Position numbers and translations under genes: made by a program. A DNA stretch of 64,000 nucleotides. It comes from Flavobacteriales bacterium (GTDB taxonomy: Bacteria; Bacteroidota; Bacteroidia; UBA4408). Under the pieces are notes generated by a model that was given only the letters and a program-made list of their open reading frames with translations, had not been told where the DNA came from and did not search any database. Where the stretch lies: NCBI GenBank assembly GCA_040374085.1, contig JBEIVB010000004.1, forward strand, positions 79-64,078, in the 5' to 3' direction. Below are positions 19,524 through 29,675 of the stretch, piece after piece (the first letter of the stretch is position 1; the number at the start of each line of letters is the position of its first letter).

Positions 19524-20760
19524 AACATCCGGCTTTGAATCGCCCGATCCGTTTCTTTTTGCCTATGCGAAGGGGTATGCAGAGCAGGTGCATTCAGATA
19601 ATGGTGCCTTCATACTGGAGCGTTATCTCCACCACCAACGTTGGGTATTAAAGAAACGTTTATCGGATAGTCACGCTCAAAATCCATTGTGGCAGCAAGC
19701 CCTTAGGCGGGAATTCGAATACGGATTTCGCTTCTCTCATAAAGGATTACCTCAGTATTTTCATTTCGAAGATCATGATGCGCGCAACCTGTTTTTGGTG
19801 CGGGAATGGGTAGATGGGCAAAGTTTAAACGAATGGGCTGCCGCATCAAGAACCGTAAAGGATAAGTTGGCCGTTCTTCTTCAATTGGCCGACGCGCTCG
19901 GGTATCTGCACAGCCACCAGGTGATCCATCGCGACTTAAGTCCTACAAATGTTCTGATTTGCCGTGGGCAGTTGTTGGTTAAACTCATCGATACCGGGTT
20001 TGCTGCCCACGAAACTGAGGAGGTTCTGGGCGGAGGCACTCCCGGGTTTGCTGCTCCCGAGCAGCTTCAAGGCGCTGCACCATCCCCGCTCCACGATGTA
20101 TACGCATTTGGAAAATTAATGGCCTTGCTTTTTCCTTTTGGGAGTGCCGGTCCGAGGGGCATGCACGCGCTCATAGAAGCGTGCACCTGTAGCAACCCCG
20201 GCGATAGGCCCCAAGGATTGGAAGAGGTAAGCAAGCAGCTTGCTCAGATGGGCGAAAGCTCCCCCCGGGGTTTGCGTCTCATTGCCCTTCTTTTGCTCTC
20301 CGTTTTGGTTTGGGCTTGGTTTTATTATCCCGCTACCAAAAAACCCGGTTCGGCTTCGAAAAAATATCTCCTCAATGAAAACCCGGCTGAGCGTAGGATG
20401 GAAATAGCCAATAAAACAAAATCCACTGCGTTACCTAAATGGAGTGCTCCATTAACGATATCAAATGAAAATGTCCTGTTCGTATCCAAAGAAGATTCGA
20501 TTTTCGTGGATAGTCTGGTGGGTGCACATTTGATTACCATGCGCGCTTCGATTGATTCTACGAGTGATTTGCCAAAGGCAACACGACTGAGAATCTTATT
20601 GCCCAAACACAACATGCTTTCTCAGACCACTCTTCTTGAATTTGACGGATGGCAGGCAAAACAAAAGGCAAAAGGAAGGCTAACATTTGCATCAAACCGG
20701 TACTTCAGCGCACGCTTTGCCAGAACCAGCCAAGAAATAATGAAGTCGATTCTGAAGTAG
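19471..20760 (+). CDS. Serine/threonine protein kinase (Hanks-type catalytic domain, a TM segment and a C-terminal extracytoplasmic domain)
   Basis: VIHRDLSPTNVLI catalytic loop, DTGFA (DFG variant) and GFAAPE. A later hydrophobic segment (LIALLLLSVLVWAWFYY) indicates a TM helix. No canonical GxGxxG loop is visible. The start is uncertain (GTG at 19471 or ATG at 19501). Confidence 0.75.
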   Translation: MVLKTFGFFSMPGQTHHETSGFESPDPFLFAYAKGYAEQVHSDNGAFILERYLHHQRWVLKKRLSDSHAQNPLWQQALRREFEYGFRFSHKGLPQYFHFEDHDARNLFLVREWVDGQSLNEWAAASRTVKDKLAVLLQLADALGYLHSHQVIHRDLSPTNVLICRGQLLVKLIDTGFAAHETEEVLGGGTPGFAAPEQLQGAAPSPLHDVYAFGKLMALLFPFGSAGPRGMHALIEACTCSNPGDRPQGLEEVSKQLAQMGESSPRGLRLIALLLLSVLVWAWFYYPATKKPGSASKKYLLNENPAERRMEIANKTKSTALPKWSAPLTISNENVLFVSKEDSIFVDSLVGAHLITMRASIDSTSDLPKATRLRILLPKHNMLSQTTLLEFDGWQAKQKAKGRLTFASNRYFSARFARTSQEIMKSILK

Positions 20761-21008
20761 TGGTTCAGTTTATCACCATGTTTTTTCTCTTCTGACTTAA
20801 GGGGTTCTGGTCTTCCAAAGGAAAGAAACTACCGTTTTTCAGACAGATGTTTCCTTTGATTTAGGTGGAGATTACACGGCTACGCATTCAAAAATACGTT
20901 GCACCGAAGTCACCCGTTTGGGTACGTTGAAAAATGAAACTAAGCTTCAATAATGGATCAAGGATTTGCCCTCCTGCCGAAAAGATAAAAGCGTTGTTTC
21001 ATACATCT

Positions 21009-22376
21009 TTAGATTTTATTCACCACAAGTTTTTCGGAGTGCAACCGTGCGCCGTTTTGTGCAACGCGTAAGAAATAAATTCCATTCGGCAAGGTGTGCA
21101 CAGGCAAATCAACAGCATTGCCCGAGGTGTTGTTTCGCCTCCATACCAACTCGCCAATGCAGTTGTAGAGGGTAAGCTCAGCCTGGTTTAGAGGTTCTGA
21201 AAATGCGATGTGGGCAACATCGCTTATGGGGTTGGGATATACGGTGAACGCTTGGTTTTCGTTGAGTGCTTGGTTTCCGGTAAACAGCGCGCAATTGAGG
21301 TGAACCGAAACGCTGTTTGCGTTGGTGTTGGCCGAAACCAAATCTACTCTTCCGTCTTCATTCGCATCAACAGCGGCAAGGGTAATGGGATTTGATAGGA
21401 CGTTGAGTGTTTGCAGTCCGGAAAATGCTCCTGCTCCGTTTCCGATCAGTATGGATAGGGTAGTGGTGCCATAGTTGGCCGAGGCTAGATCGAGATACCC
21501 ATCGCCGTTGAAATCGGAGGTGATGACGGCCTGAGGTCCTGTGCCTACCGTATGGTTCACAAATGGTAAAAATCCGCCGGTACCGTTGTTGATGAGCACC
21601 GAGAGAGCATTGTTCATCGTGGTTGTGGTTACCAGATCCAAGCGGTTGTCTCCATTAAAATCTCCGGCTGCAATAGACGATGGAACGCTTCCAACCTCAT
21701 AATTGATGCATGGAGCAAACCCACCCTGTCCGTTGCCCATCAGCACGGAAACGTTTCCACTGCTGAGGTTGTTTACGGCAATATCGGTATGGTTATCGCC
21801 ATTTAGATCGGCAACCACTATGGATTCCGGCGATGTTCCTACTAGAAAATTTACCGCAGCGGTGAAACCACCTTGTCCATTACCTATTAAAATAGAAACG
21901 TTGTTGGATGAAAAATTGGCGGTAGCCAAATCTACTTTTCCATCTGCGTTGAAATCGCCTGATGCAACCATGTGAGGAGCTGAACCAACATTGAACGAAG
22001 TGGTGCTGCCAAATCCACCCGCTCCGTCACCGAGGCGAACGGCAACCAATCCAAAGTTTTGAATGGAAACAGCCAGGTCCAGGTGATTGTCGCTGTTGAA
22101 GTCTGCGGTGGTTACCGACGATGGGTCACCACTGAACGAAACAAGTTGTGGTGCGGAAAAGGTTCCGAACCCATCCCCAGCCAGAAGCGCAATGCTTCCT
22201 TGGGAGGCATAATTGGCTACGATTAAATCCGTTTTGCCGTCGGTGTTGAAATCACCGGAGCGAATGCACCATGGTGCAGTGCCGGAGGGAAAAAGTTGTT
22301 GCGGTGAAAAGCAAGGCTGGGCTTCAGTTTGCGAAATCCACAAGGCAAGGAAGAGGAAGGTAAAACGTTGTTTCAT
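21009..22376 (-). CDS. FG-GAP/VCBS-repeat protein with a T9SS C-terminal sorting domain
   Basis: Multiple repeats of the form DFNGDGxxDL...(N/T)VSVLxGNGxGGF, with a C-terminus ...VYPNPISDVAHIAF...GIYFLRVAQNGARLHSEKLVVNKI. Confidence 0.8.
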   Translation of the reverse strand: MKQRFTFLFLALWISQTEAQPCFSPQQLFPSGTAPWCIRSGDFNTDGKTDLIVANYASQGSIALLAGDGFGTFSAPQLVSFSGDPSSVTTADFNSDNHLDLAVSIQNFGLVAVRLGDGAGGFGSTTSFNVGSAPHMVASGDFNADGKVDLATANFSSNNVSILIGNGQGGFTAAVNFLVGTSPESIVVADLNGDNHTDIAVNNLSSGNVSVLMGNGQGGFAPCINYEVGSVPSSIAAGDFNGDNRLDLVTTTTMNNALSVLINNGTGGFLPFVNHTVGTGPQAVITSDFNGDGYLDLASANYGTTTLSILIGNGAGAFSGLQTLNVLSNPITLAAVDANEDGRVDLVSANTNANSVSVHLNCALFTGNQALNENQAFTVYPNPISDVAHIAFSEPLNQAELTLYNCIGELVWRRNNTSGNAVDLPVHTLPNGIYFLRVAQNGARLHSEKLVVNKI

Positions 22377-22567
22377 AAGAATGTCAAATGGTCAGCAGCG
22401 TGCTTGGTTTGGTTGAAGTTGGTAATCTATACGCATCGAAACGCTAGGCAATCCTGTTTTGCCGATCCGCTTTTCAAGAAGTGTGCCAAATGGTTTTGGA
22501 TCTATGCGAACCCAAGTTTCCAGTCGGCAGCTCTTTGCTCTACTCTATTTTTTTCCTGCAGGTGCCC

Positions 22568-23431
22568 TTACTTTCCGCTCGCCCGAAACAGCACTTCTTT
22601 CTCTGCCTTGGTTAGGCTCTCGTAGCCACTCTTGGATATCTTATCTAATATGGCATCCACTTCGTTTTGGTCTACGCGCCGGTTGCTTGTTGCTTTTTGC
22701 TTGCTGCTGCTTTTCGATTTTGGTTTTCCGCTGAACAGGTTTTGAACTAACGCTTCTATGCGCATCCACCAGCCCAATGGCTCGTGTCCGTTTTTCAGAC
22801 GCCACGCATACCAGGCACCAAAGCCGGCGCCACCAAGATGGGCCAGATGTCCGCCCGCGTTTCCATCGGGTATGGCCACCAAGTCGAGCAGCACCAACAA
22901 AAGGGCAAGGTAGCGAAGCTGAATCTCCCAAATGCCGAACAAGCGGACCCTGTAAGTGGGGGTATAAACTGCAATGGCCGAAACAATGCCCAGCACAGAA
23001 GCCGATGCTCCCATGGCAAAGGCCTGATCTCTAACCGAGGAAAATATAGGAAAAACCTGATAGCAAAAAGAAAAGAACAAGGCTCCAACTATTCCGGAGA
23101 AAAGATAAAGGCGCAACATGCGCTTTTCTCCCAAGAGTCCAGAGAACAATACGCCTCCGAAATACAACATAAACATATTACCCAAAAGATGCCACAATCC
23201 GGCGTGCAGGAATTGGTAGGTGACCACTCCCCAGGGGAGGTAAAGCAATTCGGTGGGCGAGGCGTATGCAACCAAAAACTTGGTGAGCACATCGTCAATA
23301 CCCACCGGTAGGGCAAACAAAAACGAAAGCAGGTGCAGGATGCTGAAGGCAAGGAAAATGCCGATGTTGATGAGTACCAGCCTGCTTAGGATGGGTGCTT
23401 GAGCCATCCAGATGCGCAAATCTCTTTTCAT
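22568..23431 (-). CDS. Rhomboid family intramembrane serine protease with a Lys-rich C-terminal tail
   Basis: GASASVLG (GxSG) plus a downstream AHLGGAGFG histidine motif and multiple TM segments. The tail reads GKPKSKSSSKQKATSNRR.... Confidence 0.85.
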   Translation of the reverse strand: MKRDLRIWMAQAPILSRLVLINIGIFLAFSILHLLSFLFALPVGIDDVLTKFLVAYASPTELLYLPWGVVTYQFLHAGLWHLLGNMFMLYFGGVLFSGLLGEKRMLRLYLFSGIVGALFFSFCYQVFPIFSSVRDQAFAMGASASVLGIVSAIAVYTPTYRVRLFGIWEIQLRYLALLLVLLDLVAIPDGNAGGHLAHLGGAGFGAWYAWRLKNGHEPLGWWMRIEALVQNLFSGKPKSKSSSKQKATSNRRVDQNEVDAILDKISKSGYESLTKAEKEVLFRASGK

Positions 23432-23437
23432 AATTTT

Positions 23438-24298
23438 TTAGGAATAATCATCGAAGAAGCGGGAGGGGCGTCTTCGCCAAATGAGAATGAGGATGATGCC
23501 GGCCAACATGCCCCCCAAGTGTGCGAAGTGCGCTACATTATCGCCGCTTTGGTTGGCAATGCCCGAGAAAAGCTCAATAAGTCCGTAGATGATGACAAAA
23601 TACTTTGCTTTTATAGGTAGGGCAAAATAAACGTACACATATTGGTTCGGAAAGAGCATGCCAAATGCCAGAAGAAGCCCAAAAACACCACCCGAGGCCC
23701 CAACCACCAATTGTTTTGACAAGATCATGTCTTTGATTTCGGGCAAAAATCCTTTTGCCATGTTGATGCCGGCCCGCACATCGATGGCGGTGGTGGAGTT
23801 GTAGGCGTTGATAAACGATTCCAACCGAATGCTTTGTGATTCATCCAGTCCGGATGTCATGGCAACGTTCACCAGATTTTGTAGTTTAATCTCAGAGGGA
23901 GCTGCATAGAAAGAATCGAAGATGCTGTTGAGTTCGGCTGCCTGGAAATAAAATACGCCGTAATGGGCAATGGCTGCACCAATGCCGCAAATGAGGTAGT
24001 AGGTTAAAAACCTGCGTGGCCCCCAGTAGTTTTCTATGGCCGATCCAAACATCCACAAGGCCAACATATTAAATAGTATATGTTGTAGGCTGCCATGCAG
24101 AAACATGTAGGTAATGAACTGATAGGGCCTAAATGCGCTCGAGCTCCAATAGTGAAGGCCAAGCATGTTGTTTAGGTCTATGCCGAACGAGGATTGCAGC
24201 ACCAAGGTGCCCACAAAAAACAAGAAGTTGATGATGAGCAGATTTTTGGTAACCTCAGGCATGAGGTTGAACCCGCCGGGACGATAGTATTGACTCAT
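23438..24298 (-). CDS. Rhomboid family intramembrane serine protease, paralogue of the preceding gene
   Basis: GASGGVFGLLLAFG and AHFAHLGGMLAG. It is 7 nt upstream of the other rhomboid and overlaps the mutL stop by 4 nt. Confidence 0.85.
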   Translation of the reverse strand: MSQYYRPGGFNLMPEVTKNLLIINFLFFVGTLVLQSSFGIDLNNMLGLHYWSSSAFRPYQFITYMFLHGSLQHILFNMLALWMFGSAIENYWGPRRFLTYYLICGIGAAIAHYGVFYFQAAELNSIFDSFYAAPSEIKLQNLVNVAMTSGLDESQSIRLESFINAYNSTTAIDVRAGINMAKGFLPEIKDMILSKQLVVGASGGVFGLLLAFGMLFPNQYVYVYFALPIKAKYFVIIYGLIELFSGIANQSGDNVAHFAHLGGMLAGIILILIWRRRPSRFFDDYS

Positions 24299-26136
24299 GA
24301 TGAGGTTTTCCGAAAGAGTTTTTCCAGGTCAGCACCCGAAAGTGTAACCAATACGGGTTTCCCGGAGGGAGATTGATAAGGCATTTCGCATTGGAAGAGG
24401 TCGGCCAGCAGGCGTTCCATCTCTTCTTGGCTGAGACGTTTTCCAGGTTTCAGGGCTAGGTTGCGTGCCATGGCTCTTGCCAGCACCACGTTTTTGGTGA
24501 GGCGTGGGTCTTGGCGGCTTTGGCGATACGCATCCAGCACCTGTTCGAGCACGGCTTGCGCCTCCGATTCTTGTACCAGGGGTGGAATGCCATTGAGCGC
24601 GAGGGTTGTGGGTCCAAACGGTTCCAAACGGAAACCAAGGTTAAACAGTTCCTCTTGCATCTCTTTCCACCACTCCATCTGTTCTGTGTTGAGGGCGATG
24701 GTGGACGGAAACAAGAGCTGCTGAGAGCTCCCCATTTGTCTTCCAAGCTGATCCATAAAACGTTCAAAGAGGACCCGCTCATGGGCTTGGGTTTGATCCA
24801 CTACCACAAGGCCGCGCTTCAGGCGGGTAACTACAAATTGGGGCAGCACATGCAAGAGAGGTTGAGGCTCTTCCTGAGAAGCTGTTTCATCAGCACCCGA
24901 CAACAAGGGCATGGCTCCCTGTGCGGAGTCTGTATCGGATGGGGTGTACAGGGTTTGCCAGTTATCCTGGTTGTGTCTTTGCCTTAAATCCAGCTGCTGA
25001 GCATCGCGCTCAAACGGGTTGAAGTTTGGGTTTACCCGAATGCGGGGCGCATCGGGCAGGGGGCTGCCGGGTTTAGGTGTTGGCAAAAATGCAAGCTGTG
25101 GGTCTTGTTCAAAATCGAGGCTCGGAGTAATGTTGTGTTGCCCCAGTCCTTTCCGAACCGCCGCACGCAGAAAGGCATACACGGCTTTCTCATCCTGAAA
25201 CTTCACCTCCGTTTTGGTGGGATGGATGTTCACATCCACTTGGGACGGATCCACCTCCAGAAAAATGACATACCCGGCTATTTGATCGGCCGCTACCAGA
25301 TTTTCCAATGCACCCTGCACGGCGTGATGCAGATACGGGCTTTTGATGTATCGGTTGTTAACGAAGAAGTACTGCTCACCTCTGCTTTTGCGGGCATACT
25401 CGGGTTTTACCACATAGCCTGTGATGCGCACTATGGTGGTGGTTTCCTCTATGGGCACCAAACGCTCTTGATACGGGGCGCCAAACAGCCCCACAATGCG
25501 CTGTTTTAAGTTACCTGCGGGTAGGTTGGCAGTTTCGGCATCGCCGGTCCAGGAACTGAATGCCACCTCCGGATGGGCCAATGCCACACGGGTAAACTCT
25601 TCGGCTATGTGACCTTGCTCAACGGCGTTGGATTTCAAAAAGTTACGGCGTGCCGGTACGTTATAAAATAAGTTTCGTACCATAAAATTACTGCCGGTAG
25701 GGCACGCATCGGGCTCTTGCTTCTCCACTTGAGAGGCCGCCACCGCCAAGCGGGTTCCTACAGAATCTTCCTGCTTGCGCGTGCGAAGTTCTACCTGGGC
25801 TATGGCGGCAATAGAGGCAAGGGCCTCACCGCGAAATCCTTTGGTGTGTAAGGCAAAAAGATCGTCGGCTGTACGCAGTTTGCTGGTGGCGTGGCGCTCA
25901 AAGGCCATGCGCGCATCGGTGCTGCTCATGCCGTTGCCGTTATCCAATACTTGTATTAAGGTTTTGCCTGCATCCTGAACCTTAAGGGTTATGCGGGTAG
26001 CGCCGGCGTCAACGGCATTCTCGAGCAGCTCCTTAACGGCAGATGCAGGCCGCTGAATCACTTCTCCGGCAGCTATCTGGTTGGCCACCGCATCGGGTAA
26101 AAGATGAATGATATCGGGCATGATGCAAAACAACAA
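24295..26136 (-). CDS. mutL: DNA mismatch repair protein MutL
   Basis: N-terminal GHKL ATPase IHLLPDAVANQIAAGEVIQRPASAVKELLENAVDAGA. The likely start is MPDIIHLL at about 26121. Confidence 0.9.
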   Translation of the reverse strand: MLFCIMPDIIHLLPDAVANQIAAGEVIQRPASAVKELLENAVDAGATRITLKVQDAGKTLIQVLDNGNGMSSTDARMAFERHATSKLRTADDLFALHTKGFRGEALASIAAIAQVELRTRKQEDSVGTRLAVAASQVEKQEPDACPTGSNFMVRNLFYNVPARRNFLKSNAVEQGHIAEEFTRVALAHPEVAFSSWTGDAETANLPAGNLKQRIVGLFGAPYQERLVPIEETTTIVRITGYVVKPEYARKSRGEQYFFVNNRYIKSPYLHHAVQGALENLVAADQIAGYVIFLEVDPSQVDVNIHPTKTEVKFQDEKAVYAFLRAAVRKGLGQHNITPSLDFEQDPQLAFLPTPKPGSPLPDAPRIRVNPNFNPFERDAQQLDLRQRHNQDNWQTLYTPSDTDSAQGAMPLLSGADETASQEEPQPLLHVLPQFVVTRLKRGLVVVDQTQAHERVLFERFMDQLGRQMGSSQQLLFPSTIALNTEQMEWWKEMQEELFNLGFRLEPFGPTTLALNGIPPLVQESEAQAVLEQVLDAYRQSRQDPRLTKNVVLARAMARNLALKPGKRLSQEEMERLLADLFQCEMPYQSPSGKPVLVTLSGADLEKLFRKTSS

Positions 26137-26225
26137 AGGTAGGCATTTCGCCTGCGGCCTTTAGTTGGCGTAGACGATTGAGACGCCAAGATGTGCGCCT
26201 AAAAATGTACACTCAATCCATTTTT

Positions 26226-27755
26226 TTACAACCAACCTCCGCGTCCTCGCCTTTTCCCGCCCAACCCAAGGGCACCCAATAGGCCTCTGGCAATCTCCTT
26301 CACCAATACTTTGGTTATGGGGTTAGAGGTTACCTGTTCCACCAAGGATGGGGCCGGTTTGAAAGAAGCGGTTTTGGGTGGAGGAGGAGCCTCTTCTTCG
26401 GTCCGAAGTTTCTGACTTAGGCGCTCGTATGCACTCTCCCGGTCAAAGGGTTGGGCGTATTTCTCTCTCAGGTTGGAGCGGCTCAGGTTGGCCTCCAGTT
26501 CCTGGGCAGATATTACGTCCATGCGGCTTTGTGGTGGGGCCAGCAGGGTATGCACCAAGGGCGTAGGCACTCCCCGCTCATTTAATGCCGTTACCAAAGC
26601 CTCGCCGGTTCCAAGGGCGGTTAGCAATTCATCGGTCTTATAAAATTCCGATTCCGGATAGTTTTCTGCTGCCAGTTTGATGGCTTTTCGGTCTGCCGCA
26701 GTAAAGGCTCGTAAGGCATGCTGCACCTTTAACCCGAGTTGACTGAGGATGGATGCCGGTACATCGGTTGGGAGCTGGGTGCAGAAGAACACACCCACGC
26801 CTTTCGACCGAACCAGCTTCATGATGGTTTCGAGCTGGCTCAGCAAGGCATCCGAGGCCTCTTTGAACATGAGGTGCGCTTCATCGAAGATGAGCACCAG
26901 CTTGGGTCGGTCTGCATCTCCTACTTCCGGAAAGGTAGCGTACACCTCGGCGAGCAGCTGCAAGAGGAAGGTGGCAAAGAGCTTGGGACGATCTTGCATG
27001 TCGTTGAGCCTTACCACGTTGATGATGCCCCTGCCGTCTTCCCCAATGCGGCAGAGGTCTTCGACTTCGAAGCTGGGTTCGCCAAAAAAATGCTCGGCAC
27101 CCTGAGCCTCCAGCTCCACCACTTTGCGCAAGATGGCAGAGGAGGTAGCAGGGGCAATTCGCCCATAGTCCGCCTCTATCTCTTGCTTACCTTCATTGGT
27201 GAGATGTTGTAATACTTTTTTTAAATCTTTCAAATCCACCAAAGGAAGTTGTCGATCGTCGCAGTATTTGAATACGATGGCCAAGACCCCGGCTTGCGTA
27301 TCGTTTACCCCCAGCATGCGCGAAAAGAGCACGGGGCCAAATTCGCTTACGGTTGCCCGCAAGGGTATTCCGCTGCTGCCGCTCAGGCTGAGGAATTCCA
27401 CCGGAAAGGCTTTGGGTGCCCAGCCGATGCCCATTTGCTGCACACGCTCCTGAACTTTTGGGTGCGCAAGGCCCGGTTGCGAGATGCCGCTTACATCGCC
27501 TTTTATATCCATCATAAGCACGCCTATGCCCTGTTCCGAAAGCGATTCGGCCAAGCGTTGCAGGGTTTTTGTTTTACCCGTTCCGGTAGCGCCGGCAATG
27601 AGTCCATGCCGGTTGAGCATGGCCAAGGGCACCCGCACCGTTACCTGGGGCAATGCCTCGCCCTCGTGCAGTGCTGTGCCCAGCAGTATCGACGACTCGG
27701 GCGAAAAGGCATAGCCGGCTTGAAGTTGATGTTGGATCGAAGGCGTAGTAGACAT
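26226..27755 (-). CDS. HerA/FtsK-like P-loop NTPase of the DUF853 (YjgR-like) family
   Basis: Walker A GATGTGKTKT and Walker B-like LVLIFDEAHLMF. The likely start is MSTTPS at 27755; the tracked ORF extends to 27845. Confidence 0.75.
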   Translation of the reverse strand: MSTTPSIQHQLQAGYAFSPESSILLGTALHEGEALPQVTVRVPLAMLNRHGLIAGATGTGKTKTLQRLAESLSEQGIGVLMMDIKGDVSGISQPGLAHPKVQERVQQMGIGWAPKAFPVEFLSLSGSSGIPLRATVSEFGPVLFSRMLGVNDTQAGVLAIVFKYCDDRQLPLVDLKDLKKVLQHLTNEGKQEIEADYGRIAPATSSAILRKVVELEAQGAEHFFGEPSFEVEDLCRIGEDGRGIINVVRLNDMQDRPKLFATFLLQLLAEVYATFPEVGDADRPKLVLIFDEAHLMFKEASDALLSQLETIMKLVRSKGVGVFFCTQLPTDVPASILSQLGLKVQHALRAFTAADRKAIKLAAENYPESEFYKTDELLTALGTGEALVTALNERGVPTPLVHTLLAPPQSRMDVISAQELEANLSRSNLREKYAQPFDRESAYERLSQKLRTEEEAPPPPKTASFKPAPSLVEQVTSNPITKVLVKEIARGLLGALGLGGKRRGRGGWL

Positions 27756-27765
27756 ATATACAAGG

Positions 27766-28890
27766 TTATGAAGCAGAAAGATGGGTTTGCCGAGTATCCA
27801 AGGCATCGCGCAGGCCGTTGCCGACGAAGAGGAAAGCCAACACAAGCAACATTATGGCTGCTCCCGGAAGCACCGCCAGAAAAGCAGCATCGAGGGTGAT
27901 GTAGCCATAGTGGTCTTTGATCATGCCGCCCCAGGTGGGCATGGGCGCCTGGGCCCCAATGCCGAGAAAGCTGAGTCCGGCTTCGAGCAGAATGGCGTTG
28001 GCAAAGTTGGCAGATGCCATCACCACTACAGGGCCCATGGCGTTGGGTAGGATGTGCCGAAACATGATGCGCGCATGACCAAAACCCAACACCCGCGCCG
28101 CTTGCACAAACTCCTGCTCTCGGAAACTGAGGTACTGACCCCGAACGAGACGAGCCACCTCAACCCACATGGAGCAACCTACGGCAACAAAAACCTGCCA
28201 AAAACCTTTTCCTAATAATAAGGTTATGCTGATGACTAAAAGGAGTGTGGGAATGGCCCATACCACCTGAAACAACCAGCTGATGCACGAATCCAGCCAC
28301 CCTCTGAAGTATCCGGCAAGAGCCCCCAATACCACCCCAATAAGTAGGGAAAGAAACACCGCCACACTACCCACACTCAGCGATACCAGGGTCCCGGCCA
28401 TGAGCCTACTCAAGAGGTCGCGCCCAAAGCGATCCGTTCCCAACCAGAAAGTACGCTTCACCAGGTGACGTTGCATCCAACGGGTGCGTCCTTCAGCACT
28501 TTGGGCTTCGGGCCAGGTGCGCCATGCATAGGCCAGCCGCTCTTCTCCGCTCCTGCCAAGGCGAGCGTACACCACCAAGCTGTCTGCATTGGACTCGAAA
28601 CGACTCAGCGCTTCTGCGCGCCCCACCCCATCCTCTCCGCCAAAAGCAAGATTCGACCACCATTGACCTCCGGTAGGTGCAGCCTCCGGAAAAAACAGCC
28701 AGCACGAAAAGCCAGGGTGCTGACGGGCAATTGGCAAGCACATGAGGTTGGCATGGCGGGTAGTGTCGGGGCGGATGTTGGCTCCCAATAGTCCAATTGC
28801 TGCACACAACACCACCAACCCCAAACCGATCGCAGCCAGTTTGTTGCGCACGAAGCGTGCTGTCCAACGGTGGTTTTGATGCGCGTTCAC
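27766..28890 (-). CDS. ABC transporter permease, DppC/OppC-like, with a long N-terminal periplasmic extension
   Basis: C-terminal binding-protein-dependent permease core (...EAGLSFLGIGAQAPMPTWGGMI...) preceded by a ~150-aa non-membrane segment. No cognate ATPase or OppB is adjacent. Confidence 0.7.
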   Translation of the reverse strand: MNAHQNHRWTARFVRNKLAAIGLGLVVLCAAIGLLGANIRPDTTRHANLMCLPIARQHPGFSCWLFFPEAAPTGGQWWSNLAFGGEDGVGRAEALSRFESNADSLVVYARLGRSGEERLAYAWRTWPEAQSAEGRTRWMQRHLVKRTFWLGTDRFGRDLLSRLMAGTLVSLSVGSVAVFLSLLIGVVLGALAGYFRGWLDSCISWLFQVVWAIPTLLLVISITLLLGKGFWQVFVAVGCSMWVEVARLVRGQYLSFREQEFVQAARVLGFGHARIMFRHILPNAMGPVVVMASANFANAILLEAGLSFLGIGAQAPMPTWGGMIKDHYGYITLDAAFLAVLPGAAIMLLVLAFLFVGNGLRDALDTRQTHLSAS

Positions 28891-28900
28891 TCCGATGTTT

Positions 28901-29521
28901 TTAAAACAAATCTATGATATCCTGACCAGGTTCCAGCCAATGCGCAGAAATTCCCGCAGCTCGCGCGCCTTCCAAATGCTGAACCGAATCGTCGATGAAC
29001 AAGGACTCCTCTTTTACCAATGCATGGTCGGTTAAAACCCGTTCAAACACTTCCATGTCGGGCTTGCGCAGTCCTACTTCATGGCTGAGGTAAACGGCAT
29101 CAAAGAGATCGGTGAATTTTTTCCAGCCGTATTGCCGGTCTATTTGCTCCGAGAAGGCTTTCTGATGAATGGAGTTGGTGTTGCTGAGCAGAAACAAGCG
29201 ATGCTTCGTTTTTAACCGCTCCAACAATCGGTATCGTTCTTCTGGAACGTCAAGCAGCATAATGTTCCATGCCTCTATGATTTGCGCATCGCTTAGGTGC
29301 TGGAGTCCGGACGATGCTCGGATTGCATCTGCAAATTCGGATTCGCTTACCCTGCCGATTTCCAAATCATCAAACAAAGGTGTTTGCGCTTGCTGGCTAA
29401 ACCATCTGGAAAAATCGGGTATACCCAAACGCTCAAATGCTTCAGCGGTTGCCTGATAGCGGATGTTGATCAACACTCCTCCAAAATCAAGAATCAGGTT
29501 TGAATAACTGCCGAAATGCAT
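28901..29521 (-). CDS. HAD-superfamily hydrolase (subfamily IA-like)
   Basis: ILDFGGVLINI, an HAD motif I (DxG core), plus downstream LLSNTN and FIDDS motifs. Confidence 0.75.
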   Translation of the reverse strand: MHFGSYSNLILDFGGVLINIRYQATAEAFERLGIPDFSRWFSQQAQTPLFDDLEIGRVSESEFADAIRASSGLQHLSDAQIIEAWNIMLLDVPEERYRLLERLKTKHRLFLLSNTNSIHQKAFSEQIDRQYGWKKFTDLFDAVYLSHEVGLRKPDMEVFERVLTDHALVKEESLFIDDSVQHLEGARAAGISAHWLEPGQDIIDLF

Positions 29522-29625
29522 GGACTAAAGGTATGTTGCTTTCTACGTTGAACGTTTAAAGACTTTTCGGCCTTTTGCAGCGTTGGCCCATTTGACGCTG
29601 TGGTACCTGAGATAAAAACAAAAGG

Positions 29626-29658
29626 GCAAAAAAAAGCCCCGGTGATGACACCGGGGCT
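29626..29658 (-). terminator. Rho-independent terminator of the cold-shock protein gene
   Basis: Plus strand AAAAAAAAGCCCCGGTG-ATGA-CACCGGGGCT. On the minus strand this is a 10-bp GC-rich stem followed by a U-tract directly after the csp stop. Confidence 0.8.
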
Positions 29659-29675
29659 GAATGACTTAGGGGAAA

